Of a stretch of DNA of 32,447 nucleotides, positions 1 to 10,861 are shown piece after piece. The notes beneath the pieces are model-generated. The model saw nothing but the letters and a program-made list of their open reading frames with translations. It was not told where the DNA came from and did not search any database. Numbering within the stretch: position 1 is the stretch's first letter; each line of letters begins with the position of its first letter. The position numbers and the translations under genes are program-made. Source of the stretch: Sphaeroforma arctica JP610 (lineage: Eukaryota); the NCBI RefSeq assembly GCF_001186125.1, contig NW_014040426.1:36992-69438 (forward strand), written 5' to 3'.

Positions 1-350
1 CTTGTGAGTTATGAAGGGTTTAGCATCAACCCAGAACGGCTCCAGGTACTCCTTTCACTGACTGAACCCACAACTAAATCGAAATTATGATACCATACTG
101 TGGGACGCTGGGCAGAATGTATCCCACACTTTGCCCGAATACTGGCCCAAAATTGACTAAGTTCTAAGCATAGGACTAAGCGTATCTTCATACATTCCTA
201 CATATAGAAATAACGTTCAGCAAGTGCCCGTTCGCAGTGTTTAAACACCCTGTGGTGATCATCGGGCATCTTGTGAGTTATGAAGGGTTTAGCATCAACC
301 CGGAACGGCTCCAGGCACTCCTTTCGCTGACTGAACCCACTACCAAATCC
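1..350 (+). repeat. Direct repeat of an ~81-bp RT segment (1-81 and 270-350)
   Basis: CTTGTGAGTTATGAAGGGTTTAGCATCAACCC...AAATC occurs twice, with 6 substitutions. Confidence 0.9.
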
Positions 351-1818
351 GTATATTGTTGTTACTTAAGGATGATAGCATATTCCACTAGGGTGTCCCG
401 CAGAGCAATACATTCCAGCACATTAAGTAATTACTTTGAGACTGCACAGGACTTGTGGAGCCAGCCCCGCAGAACATATAATTATGTTTGTAGACACATG
501 TAAAGACGTAGGTGTGGGAGTTGTGCTCGTCGTTCATAGAGATGGGAAGTATCTTCCTATCACATCCTTTTGTTCTCATTCGACCAGGCCCAACGGATAT
601 ACCACATAACTGATAAGGAGGCATTAGCCCACGTAAATGGGTTTCGCAAAATAATATACGCATCTTGCGCCGCTCGCTACTACCGATTAAGGTGTTCACT
701 GATCACCAGCCCCTTCTTGCGCTTCTGAGCTAACCGCGGAGCTCGTTTGGGGATGATGTACGTGGTCGTCGAATGGGGTACATTTTACATATACCCTTTA
801 TTAACGTTCGGGGAGATACAATGGTGATTTGGGGATTTAATTCACCGTGGACTCTCCTCTCTGCAGTAGATTTAAAGGCACATGCAGAGCGAGCATGCTG
901 CACCCTTGTACGTCCTTGTTGGCCGGATACAGAATGGTTGCTTATGCTGTGTGACTTGCCGGCTGATGAAACCCTTGGTGATTACTCGCGCAGCGGGCGT
1001 CTTCAATCGCTATGATCGGGCTCCTGAAGGATCACCATCATTTGTGACTCTAGTGTGTCATCCTGGCCCTTGGCTATTCTATGTCAGCTCCAGTGGGATG
1101 CATTTGCTCAGGTAACCCCAACTAGAGAGGATCCACTGGTGCTTACCCAGCCTATGGTATCACCTGGGTCAACGCCACTCTGCGATTTCTTTCATTGCGG
1201 TACATACACCACCACCACCTACATTTGTACCGGTACTAGATAGATCTCTCTAGAAAGCCGAATTCGTCTTTCTCGCTGGTAAACCACGGCGACAAGTGTG
1301 TTCACCTAGTTTGGCGCTAGGCACTGCTATGGTCGATGACATGCCGGATGCTATCTTAGCTCGGATGCTGCAGTCCCGGTCCCTGGTGGAGGTTCGCTGC
1401 ATTCTCCGGTCATAGGTGAAGGTGTTTCTGTTCATTCTCCCACCAGTTAGCCCTCCATTCTGTCCGTATTTCGGAAAGGTCCTATTGCGTCCCTCGTCCG
1501 GTTGACCTTTGGCACGTCTTCCGCGCGCATTATGGGGCGTGATGCTGACTGGCAAGCAAGTTGTCCGGGCACTTCAGTACGTGCACGCCTTCTTCCCAGA
1601 CCCGTTTTTGATACTACTTAGTGTACGATATGCTTGGGTGGGGGGTCTGAGAACACAAATTTGCATGATTTGATTAGCCGGGTTTGTGAACCCTGTCAGT
1701 GATGGGATCGTCCCCCACCGGAGACCTCGGCCCTCCTGCAATAACCAGAACGTACGGCCTTAATCTCAGCAAAATGGAGCCTCGATTTTGTTGAGATAAC
1801 TGCTGCGCCAGGAGGTGA
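1..1818 (+). mobile_element. Degenerate Ty3/Gypsy pol fragment (RT thumb/connection, RNase H, integrase remnants)
   Basis: GHLVSYEGFSINPERLQALLSLTEPTTKS (264-350) fits the Gypsy RT C-terminal LGH.VS..G...P motif. IKVFTDHQPLLALLS (686-730) is the Gypsy RNase H TDHxPL motif. Weaker integrase-like pieces follow. Many stops and frameshifts. Purine-rich AGGAGGTGAA at 1810-1819 may be a PPT. Confidence 0.7.
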
Positions 1819-1819
1819 A

Positions 1820-2187
1820 TGCTCAGTATTAGTGACAGTAAATTGTCAGTGTCCGTATTTCAGCCGGCCATGAAGACTTTGCGAGGTGTAACCAAGTTTG
1901 TTCGTACTACGTTGTTTGGTTCAGTCATTCAATTGATTTACTACAATTTTTGTAATTGTTCTCTTCGTTATCTGGTTTCTTCTTCTCCTCTTTTCTATAT
2001 ACTTGGCGCTTTGTTGGTGCCGATAGCCAGTATAGTCAGTCAGTCAGCCATTCAGCTATTAGGTTTTCGATCAGTCAGCTAGTCATCCCAGAGTCTTCCA
2101 GGGCAGTGAGGCTCTACTGCCATCTATGCATGAATAAGTCTATTCAAATGTATAAGTGTAGTTATGTGTACCATTGGCTGGGTGACA
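1820..2187 (+). repeat. Possible 3' LTR of the plus-strand Gypsy relic
   Basis: Starts with TG right after a PPT-like purine run, ends ...GTGACA, non-coding and T-rich. No second copy in the window. Confidence 0.3.
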
Positions 2188-2251
2188 ATTAAATAGATTC
2201 TGAGTTTAAAAAACCATCTAGCGCATCATGCCACGCTACGCATTTATATGT

Positions 2252-2398
2252 TGTCAAATACACAGAGATAACAGTATCTCAACGTACTCCCCTCGAAGCG
2301 GATATTTCTATAACCATAAACCCTAAACCTGGGTTTATGTCGTGTCCAAAATAAACCTCAAATAACCTTAAATAAACCCTATTGAGTATATCTGACCA
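2252..2398 (-). repeat. Candidate 3' LTR of the minus-strand Gypsy region (far boundary uncertain)
   Basis: On the minus strand TGGTCAGATA directly follows a poly-G tract. Candidate end ...TATTTGACA is an imperfect inverted repeat of the start. It does not match the LTR at 10891-11067. Confidence 0.3.
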
Positions 2399-2418
2399 CC
2401 CCCCCCCCCCCCCCCCCT
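2399..2418 (-). promoter_or_regulatory. Polypurine tract (PPT)
   Basis: A followed by 19 G on the minus strand, ~235 bp downstream of the pol stop at 2654 and immediately followed by TG. Confidence 0.6.
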
Positions 2419-2653
2419 AACGCTGAAGCACGTACCGTGTGCCAGCTTTCAAGAACGAAAATCTATTCACTACCCATAGGACGCTAGTTTAGCCTCCACG
2501 AACAAGAGGGATCCACTGGCATTTACACTCAGAGAGTTAGAGCAGTGGTTGACTTCTAAATTTAGAGAGCTAGAGGGCTCGGTTATGGACAACCACACGA
2601 GCGAGGCCTGTAAAGCAGAAGCAAAATGACAATAAATATGTATCTGTAAAATT

Positions 2654-3185
2654 TTAAGCCGCATCACGCCGGCGCTTGCGTGAACGTGTTTGCATATCCT
2701 TATGGTACGCGACGATGCCATTGGTATCTTCGAACGATTCTTCTGTCTCTCAGGGCGGGTCTCCTTCTCGCCACCATACGAGGTACTCCGTTTTTCCCAC
2801 TTCATCATTAGCGTGATGCTTAATGATGTGTCGGAACGCCGATCCGCCGTCGCGTCATAAACTCTCATCGAGGGGTGGATCTGTGCTACAGTGGACTAAA
2901 GCGACCTTTAAACTCCGGTCGGGCGGAACCATCCCTACGCGACAGATCGTACCCCTGGCCAGTACAGCCTTTTACTACATAAGGTTTGAATAAGGGGCGC
3001 ATTGCCTTGGATGTACGGCCCTCCGATTTGACCATGACCACATCGTCCTTCTCGAAGTGTACTAAGTCGTACGCATGGAGACGATTGAAATTCTTCGCCA
3101 GAGTGTCCGTGTATTTCATCGTCAATCTATATAGCGTGGGTAGAGACGATCAAGTCGTTGCGCCCATGTCTCATTCGTTATTCGT
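2654..3185 (-). pseudogene. Second integrase C-terminal module: GPY/F (SH3-like) domain plus chromodomain 2
   Basis: YTDTLAKNFNRLH...FEKDDVVMVKSEGRTSKAMRPLFKPYVV (ORF 2886-3125). After a frameshift: FRHIIKHHANDEVGKTEYLVWWREGDPP*ETEESFEDTNGIVAY (2836-2705), then RSRKRRR and TAA at 2656-2654. The chromodomain frame is not in the ORF track. Confidence 0.8.
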
Positions 3186-4160
3186 CCAGGTACGCTCTCC
3201 ATCTGTCCAATGCAGTAGGTACTCCTGGGATCCATCACCTCGGATGGACGACCTGTGGTCGACTATCGAGGGGACCTGAGTCTCCTCGGTTGGGGGTACG
3301 TGATTGTTGGAAGTGAATGCTTCCGGAGCGTTGGCCTTTTTTATGAGTCCAATTAGCTCATCACTGACCGATTTAGGATATTCGGGGGCTGTAGTCCCAT
3401 CAAGGTTACAGACAAAATACCCGTTGCCCTCTCTACATACTATTTTGTACTGTCCGCCATATGGTGCTGTCATCTTGTTCATTTCACCTTGATAGCGGAC
3501 CATGACAGTGTCCCTTTCCTAGAAGTGTATGTACTTCTTTGGTATTTTCGGTTGTATGCTGTGCGCATCTTCTCTTGGTATTGCGCAGCATTGCTGTCTA
3601 GTTGTGGCATAATGGCTTCTTCTATATGGTGCAATCGCTCTTCCTAAGATTTTGTTGTAACTGGGTGCGTTCACTGGTGTGTTGTAGACCGTGAGTTGAT
3701 TCTGTCTGCGACCAAAGTACACATTAAATCTCGGTGATTTGTGTCTTCTTAATGTGCGTAGATTGTGGCCCATCTGTACGAAGGGAAATCGTGAACACCA
3801 GTCATCTAAATTTTGTTCAACGAATTTACGTAACGGTGGTACGAGGTGCTTTAGGTTGGTACGGCCGAGAGACTAAGTGTTGTGTTGACACTTGTTCAAG
3901 GACTTTTGAAAATCTGTCATTAACATAACTATTTGTGGGAACCCATGTTCGCACATGTTTGGTACCAGCGTACGTGCTATAGTAGCCGCTGATTTGTCCA
4001 TATTGGGTGTAGTATGACATATGATGAGTGCACATCTAGCCATACTAATACATACGTGTGTTCTCTGTTTGAGTCCAGTAGTAGCCCAATGATGTTCACT
4101 TGGACTCTGTCGCCGGGAAATGCGACTTTGATTGATTGTAAGGGATGAGATCCCTTTTGT
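3186..4160 (-). pseudogene. DDE integrase core, GPY/F domain and chromodomain 1 (disrupted; HHCC zinc finger not seen)
   Basis: HPLQSIKVAFPGDRVQVNIIGLLLDSNREHTYVLVWLDVHSSYVILHPI (same frame as the MTase); DKSAATIARTL...EHGFPQIV; SRPYQPKA; NVYFGR; VMVRYQGEMNKMTAPYGGQYKIV; chromodomain QVPSIVDHRSSIRGDGSQEYLLHWTDGERTW (3278-3186). Confidence 0.85.
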
Positions 4161-4168
4161 GTATCCTA

Positions 4169-4504
4169 TTTGAAGTACGTATTGTTTGTGTTTTCCACTA
4201 GCATCGGGTCTTCTTCTAGTAAAGACAAGAATTTTGGAAACCACGTTGCATTGGGGTAGTATGGTACACATATCGCGATGCTGCTTGCCTCTTCAATGAC
4301 TCTGTCAAGGACATCAGGTATGAGTTACCATGGTGGGTTCGCCCATTCATTCACTTCCTGCGCCCACTTCTGTAGGAGCGCATTCTGTTCTTTGGTATAG
4401 TATTTTTCTGTGTGTGCATTGTGTGCCGATGCAAACAGATCTACTGAAAATTTCCCAAACCTTCTTTCAGCTTCTTTGTAGAATCTGGGGTGTATCATCC
4501 AGTC
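4169..4504 (-). pseudogene. Dam-like DNA N6-adenine methyltransferase domain within pol (phage Dam / DIRS-MT type)
   Basis: DWMIHPRFYKEAERRFGKFSVDLFASAHNAHTEKYYTKEQNALLQKWAQEVNEWANPPW*LIPDVLDRVIEEASSIAICVPYYPNATWFPKFLSLLEEDP. SAM-binding DLFA (~4430-4441), catalytic NPPW (4339-4328), in-frame TAA at 4327-4325. Confidence 0.88.
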
Positions 4505-4627
4505 TATAGCGGATATGGTAATGGGCATTTTGGATTCCAAGGTGGTGTACTCTTGGCTATTATGTGTTGTTTTGTTCGCGTCTTGTAGTATCTCTGACGT
4601 TTTAGTATTAAATGTGTCTTCGTGTAG

Positions 4628-4960
4628 ACGCGACGACATATATGCCATCTGGCTGTTTTTACCCGGAACATGTATGATGGAGAAGTGGTGGTATAATGTT
4701 TGTGCTATCCATTTGGCTAGCATTGGATGTAACGTCTGTTGACTGTTCATTTGCGTGAGCGCTTTATGATCTGTCCACAGTGTTATGACCCCTCCTTTGA
4801 TGTATTCGGCAGTATACTAGTGCTATTAGTTCTTTAGTGTTTGTGCCATAGCGTTGTTGTGCTGGATTCAAGCTTTTGGAAAAGTAGAGAATGTCTCTCC
4901 TGACTCAATCGATGACTTGAAATAAACATCCTCCTATACCATAGTCACTAGCATCGTTCA
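4628..4960 (-). pseudogene. Ty3/Gypsy-type RNase H
   Basis: NDASDYGIGGCLFQVID*VRRDILYFSKSLNPAQQRYGTNTKELIALVY, then (frameshift) ITLWTDHKALTQM...LAKW...FSIIHVPGKNSQMAYMSSRL. Confidence 0.9.
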
Positions 4961-4999
4961 TGTTTGAAACGGTACCCCATCAACAGGGTATGCTAGCGT

Positions 5000-5860
5000 C
5001 GCCGAACACGCGATGGCTTCTTTGAGTTCTTCCCACTTCTCTTTGAGGTCCGGAGTCAATAACATGGATATGTTCTGGTTTATTTTCCTTTTCATTAGGA
5101 TCCGGTAGTGTTTAGTTGAGTGGGCAACGCATATAGTTTGTGAGTCCCACCGCTTTGTGCAGATCTCCTTTCATTCTGGGTAGTGGCCAGTCCAGCATCC
5201 TTTTCTGTTTTTCAGGATCCGCTTTGAGTCTCTGTGTGGTGACTTACATACCTAGAATGTTGACCATTTTGACCGCGAAGGCACATTTGTTGTGATTGAG
5301 TCGGAAGTTTGCTCCATTTAGTCGCTTGATTACTTCACGAACTGTCTTGCGGTGTTCTTCCTCTGTAAGACTCGCAATGACTATGTCATTTACATACACT
5401 TGCACTCCTTTGATGTCTATGAGCAATTCTGCCATGACTCTCTGGAATTGTGCTGTGAGTGAGTGTAGGCCAAACGGCGCTGACTTGAATGAGCATTGCG
5501 CTCCTTTCCACGAGAATGTGAAGAAGTGTTGGCTTTCTTGCTCTACTAGGAAATGGTGGAACCCTCCCGCGAGATCTAACTTTGAGAAGAATTGTGCTCC
5601 TTGTAGGTTGTGGAGTACTTCCTTTATTTTTGGCAGCACGAATTTATCTTGTTCATATTGGTAATTGATCTCGCGTAAGTTTAAACATGTTCTTACTTTC
5701 TTGAGGAGACCTGTTTAGTCATGTTCACCTGTCGATAACAAAGGTAGATTCACCGATATCGGTGTATTTCGTTTGTATATGTGACCATCTGTAAGCCACC
5801 TTTGTACATTTTCATCCGTTTGCGGAATATACTTGTGAGGTACAAAGTTGACTTTAACGT
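5000..5860 (-). pseudogene. Reverse transcriptase (Ty3/Gypsy), inactivated
   Basis: KVRTCLNLREIN, LPKIKEVLHNLQGAQFFSKLDLAGGFHH, FKSAPFGL...FQRVM, YVND (5396-5385, in place of YVDD), RLNHNKCAFAVKMVNILG. Confidence 0.95.
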
Positions 5861-6059
5861 GCCTCATTTGTGTGACATTAATGTCATTTTTGAAGGTCCT
5901 GTGACTGTAGAGCCCGGTAGGTTGCAATAAATGCCAGGCGGTATGTTTGCATTGGTATCCAAGAGGTCTGCAAGTGACTCTCTGAACCCTCCTTGTTCAT
6001 GCTCAGGATCTTCTTCATGTGGCGTGGGAAGTGATTCCCATTTTGCATCTGCTAGTATA

Positions 6060-6392
6060 AGTAGATTGATTAATCCTGCTATGTATATGCTTATGTATGG
6101 TAGAATCTCCATACCGAGAAGTATTGGTGCTTTCTTTTCTGGCAAATCCAACACTTCAAAACACTTAGAGGTTTTCCTTCCTCCATAATTAATGTCATAT
6201 ACTTGGATTGACCCTGTTCTTTGTATTGTTGCATATATTTGTGCTAGTTGAATGTAGCCCGGCTGCGCTCTGACAGAGAGATATAGTTCAGTTGCTACAC
6301 TCGTGTCCATACATGAGCGTTGCGCATCAGAGTCTACTGATGCATTGTATATGTTGCCATTGATTTGTATGCCAATGTGTAATCGTTGGTCT
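6060..6392 (-). pseudogene. Retroviral-type aspartic protease
   Basis: RLHIGIQINGNIYNASVDSDAQRSCMD (DSDA at 6334-6323 for D[S/T]GA), and FEVLDL...ILLGMEIL, in frame with ORF 5864-6310. Confidence 0.85.
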
Positions 6393-6559
6393 CGTGGTGC
6401 GGGAAGTAAGGATAAGGTTGGTAATTTATTTCATATGCATTTATCAACAGCGTTTCTTCATCTGTATTTACATTGAGCCTGTCAGCCAGGTCAATCATGT
6501 TTGCTTCGGCCCACCAGTTTTTTCAGTGCTCATCGCCATCTGTGATATCTTCTACCTTG

Positions 6560-8026
6560 CCGGATGTATTGGACAATCTTGCTATTTGCACATCGTTTTT
6601 GACACGCTCCTCAGCCTGCTTGGTCTGATACGATGCCTTCATGGGACATAGACTGAAACGTTGTGGGGCTGGCATCACCTTACAATAAGGACATGCACGA
6701 TCTTCGCGAGCCCCTTTCTTCTCTTGGGGTTGTCCGATTGATTTGATTTGTTTCAGTGCACCGTTGTCTGGTTTGTGACGTTTGGTCGCGGTGGGTTTGC
6801 CGTTCTGAGACTGGCTGTGTGTGACTGCCTGCGAGTTGTCTCTTGCGCTCTCTATACAAACGATCTGTCTATACTTGGCGCTGCTCTTCCGTTTGCTTCA
6901 GTAAGAGAGTGAAACACAGTGTGTTTCATATCGGATAAGAGACCTTCACTTCCATCAGGCAGTTTATCTGCTTTGATGATGGCATCCACTTTCTCCTGTT
7001 GTTCGTAGTACGTAAATGCCTGGTATCTTGTGGCCTTGAGGATTTTCGTGTGTATAGGCTCTATGTTCGAGTTGCGGTGACGCTCTTCTAACACTTGCAT
7101 TGTTCTATGCAATCGCTCTGTGCGCACCTCTACGTTCAGTGTCTTGTTCCGCATGTTGAGAAACTTCTCTAACAGATAGATTACTGGATGGTGTCTGAGT
7201 CTATCAATAATGGTTCTATTGTGTTGTTCAGGATCCTTGTAGTGCTTGGTCATATGTGTTTCAGAGTTTCGTAACTCGATGAGCACTGCCTTGGTCTTCT
7301 TCGTTGCATCAGTGAAGTCTAATAGATATATCACTAGCGCTGGGTACTGACATCGTGGCACAGACTTGGCTAAGAATAGGTCTCTGCATTGCGTAGTAAA
7401 CTCTATAATATCTTCACAATTTCCCATTTTGAAATAACAGTCTCTGGGTAACTTCGGAAATTCTGAGGTTTTAGTAGTTTAGAAAGTGCATGTTCATTGA
7501 TCTTTCGCCTAAGCGTGAACGCATAAGTTCTAACTCAATAATTAGTTGACTGATTTGAATGAGTTTATCTTCCTCATCGTCGCCACACGGTTAAATCGTA
7601 TCTTCTTCCGAGTTCTGTATCTACTATTGGCATGCATCGTTCTGGCTGTTGGTAGCGAATGCATACTCTCATCTTGTGTAGACTTGGGATAATCACCGGT
7701 GCTCTTTGTTCCAATTTGGATACAAACTTACTAACCAGGACGTGGTTACATTGACAGATGCTCTTGTCTATCTCTAAACGCATTGCTGAAGCTTGTACGG
7801 GTACTCCCCTCGGTGTTGGCTGGCTTGAGCCACTGCCTGGGCTTGCCCCCCCTGCTGGGCTGTCCCGTGCTCCATCCGCATCAACACCACCTCCTTCACC
7901 ACCATACACGCCTGCTCTGGTTGCCGTTGGTATCTTGAGGCGCCTGTGGTGGTGTGTGGGTGTTGCAGGTTATTAGTAAAGGCGTATGCTATTTTCTGTG
8001 CGAATGTGCGCTTCACCCCCTTGCAT
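6560..8026 (-). pseudogene. Gag (capsid-like region plus degenerate zinc knuckle) directly upstream of pol
   Basis: Candidate ATG at 8026, G/S/P-rich N-terminus, helical region FPKLP...EDIIEFTTQCRDLF (ORF 6852-7427), knuckle-like CPYCKVMPAPQRFSLCP (6693-6643). Position before the protease. Confidence 0.65.
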
Positions 8027-8071
8027 TTGCTAATAACTTGTATAAAATAAATAAAATTTGAATTTGTCTTC

Positions 8072-10861
8072 CTAACTTTTATTGTGGTCTCCCTTTGCTG
8101 CATTTCCATGTGAAGTGTTTACCTTCCGGTGTGGTTCGGTGGCTTGTTGCATTCCTTCCTGTAATTGGGAGGCTTTAAATGATGTAGGGATATTCGGCAA
8201 CTCGAGTGACCTATTGCTGATCTCTGTGCCGTATCGTATCGTACTTCTGTCGTCCCAGTCGATGAGTTCGTACCGTCTTGTCAGCTAAAAAAATAAATAA
8301 CCCAGGTGGTGCCGGAGTATTTGGACGGCCGAGAAGTTCTGCGGATGTCTTCGAGATGCAGCTCGGAACGTGCGCCCGTTCACTTGTACTTGTATATAAA
8401 AACGGTTATCAAGTGTCAGCAATAGGACCTGTATGGTCATCACTGTATTGATTGTGCTAACGAGTATTAAACTCACATCTGACTCAGACACCCTCACATC
8501 TCATGCCTGCTCATGCACCGGCTCCCAACTATCGTGTAGCTGGTCTGGGGCTGGTGTGTCGTCACCATATTCCTCTGTAAGAATTGCGTCTATGTGAACT
8601 GCACCTTCTTCTGGAATGCCTTGGAATTCATTATACTGTGTGACTGTGTTCACCTGGGCCTGTTGGTTGGCCGCGAAAGGTTTGCTTGTGTTGTTACCTT
8701 GGTCTTGCCCTGGTGTAAAACTATTAGTCGGTCCCTGTGCTGGTGGCGCACCTGACTGTGGTCGGTTCTGTTCAGACTGACGGCGCGACTATCGCCTCCC
8801 CCCGGAGCTACTGCTCTGTATTGATAGCAGCTCGAAATGTGTCATGCACCAGATGGTACTCGTGACTGACAGCCAGTGCATGTCGTTGGGGTCGCTGTCT
8901 GTAGGCGTGATGACCAGTTCTGCGTTTGTAGTTGTACTACCTGCAGTATCGGGAGACTGATAGTATATGCGCGCGACTTTGGAGGTCGTCGCATTTTCCC
9001 TACCCTGGTGCTGAAGACGTGCGGTTGTGCGTTGTTGTGCCTCTTGTATATCGGGACTCAGTAGTTGCAACAATTGGTCCGTCTCCATTAACTGCCACTT
9101 CAGATGCAGTTGTAGTGTTCGTTCGTATGTGCGACCATGGAGTGCTGTCTTCAATAGCTGCAAAANNNNNNNNNNNNNNNNNNNNGGAATCGGCATCGTT
9201 ATTGCAACGCTCGCGTGCCCGTCTATGATTCTCCATGAGTTGGGTCATCTGCTCCATAACCGGTACGCTCATGTCAAGGTTATGTCCTTTGGCTGACTTG
9301 CGTATGGCCTGGTCGACTGTCACCTGAGTCTCGTGGGAACATATTTATTCTATCTGCAACATGGGTGTCCACATCTTTAACTTTTCCGTGTTATCGCGAA
9401 CATAGTCCTGTGTGGACTTTACTGCCTTAAAATGCGTCAATACTCTGTAGAACCATATTAGACTCCAGCTCTCGTCGATACCTGCTATCTGTGCATTCTT
9501 CTATGCTTCGAGGAGAGCTCCTCTCGTATCCTGTTCCATAAAATCGCTGAGATGGTATCTGTTCGATGGATATTCAGGCCATTGCTTCCGCATTGGCACT
9601 CTGCGCTTCTCTGTTGCCTTGGCTTCATATGCTCCACGTAGCGAGTTTAGTATACCCTGTAAGGCTTCTGCACGTAGCGTATCTATATCATCAAGGGCTT
9701 TGCACATCTGTTCACTCACTTGGAGGGCGCCTGCGTGAAGCTTGCGACGATTGTTCTCAATCTCCTTTAGCGTAGGTGGAGGCGCGACCACTTCCTTATC
9801 CTTCTTGGGTGGTTTGGGCGTTGGAGTAGGTAAATTATTACCGAATGTATTGTCATCGCTGGATGAAACATTGTTGTTGGACGAATCAGGGTCATGGCCT
9901 GGGCGCTGCTGCTGCTTGCATGAATATACTTACCCTTCTGGACTTCATTACCCGACGTTTCGTGTATAGATTCCTTACGACGCTGTTGTTTGCGTACCTT
10001 GGTATGCAATCGGTCGTGCATGTTCTCCAGCGCTTCCTTTCAATGCGGATTTTCCTTGGTGCGTGATTGCTGGCAGACGACATCTAGGAGGGATCCGGTC
10101 TCACTTGTAGGTATTTGATTATCTGAGTCTGGAAACTCATACCCTAGTCCGTGGTGCTTACGCTTAGGACCTGGGATACGGAATTCTGGATTATCGTCGG
10201 CTTCATCTGATGAACCCTTACCCTGCTTGGTGATACGGCGACGTGTACGTTTGCGGTTAGGTGGGCGTCGAAGTACCTCGCTACGTGTTGAGACATTATC
10301 CTCGTTGTTAGGTGGAAGTAGTATTGGACCTGATGATCGCGGTGGGTTGTTGCTCACAGTTACTTTAGCCGGTACAGGTGACTGCCGTAGTGGTTGGTCA
10401 CTATCGGTGTCAGCTGCGACGGCAGCGGCGACCGCTGGACCGAGAATGTGGGCGAGGACCCCCGAAGACGGACCTGAAGACGAGCTAGCACCCCCTACAT
10501 TGTTACAAAGGGTACTAACTTGCTCCCGGATCGCATGTATATCAGTGGTTGTTATCCGCTTATTGTCTGTAGAGACACATTCTCCTTCATGCCTGGAGGT
10601 TGCAGCACTTATGGAACCCGGTGCTGCATTCTCCTCCTGATATTCGTTGGTTGTGACATCAGGTAACTGTCCTCTGTGGGCGAGGTAGGTACGATGCAAA
10701 AGGTCCAAGTTTGCTGCATGCATCTCAGCATTTCCTTCTTCATTAGGGTTGGCTGCTGAGTTGGAACGTCGATGTTCGGTGCCACGTCGGTCGATATCGT
10801 CCTCTACATCACGTTCTGAACTGAGTTGTTGTATTCGTCGGCTATGGCGAGCGTTGGGCAT
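8072..10861 (-). pseudogene. Long disrupted gag-like ORF immediately downstream of the 5' LTR
   Basis: ATG at 10861, 30 bp inside the LTR boundary. Disordered basic N-terminus (PPNRKRTRRR, PKRKHH), helical segments (ORFs 9501-9791, 9000-9323), knuckle-like CTGC...*HISSC (8880-8827), and protease-like strand RFYIQVQVNGRTFRA (~8404-8360). Contains stops, frameshifts and a 20-N gap. Confidence 0.5.
9166..9185. other. Assembly gap (20 N)
   Basis: Run of N. Confidence 1.

Noticed and set aside
2314..2380. Telomere-like TAAACCC units
   Set aside because: Only a few scattered imperfect units, not an array.
4169..5860. DIRS-class element, suggested by the RT-RH-MT order
   Set aside because: An aspartic protease, Gypsy-type RNase H motifs (SKSL..AQQRY...KEL, TDHKAL), a DDE integrase and chromodomains are present, and no tyrosine recombinase was seen.
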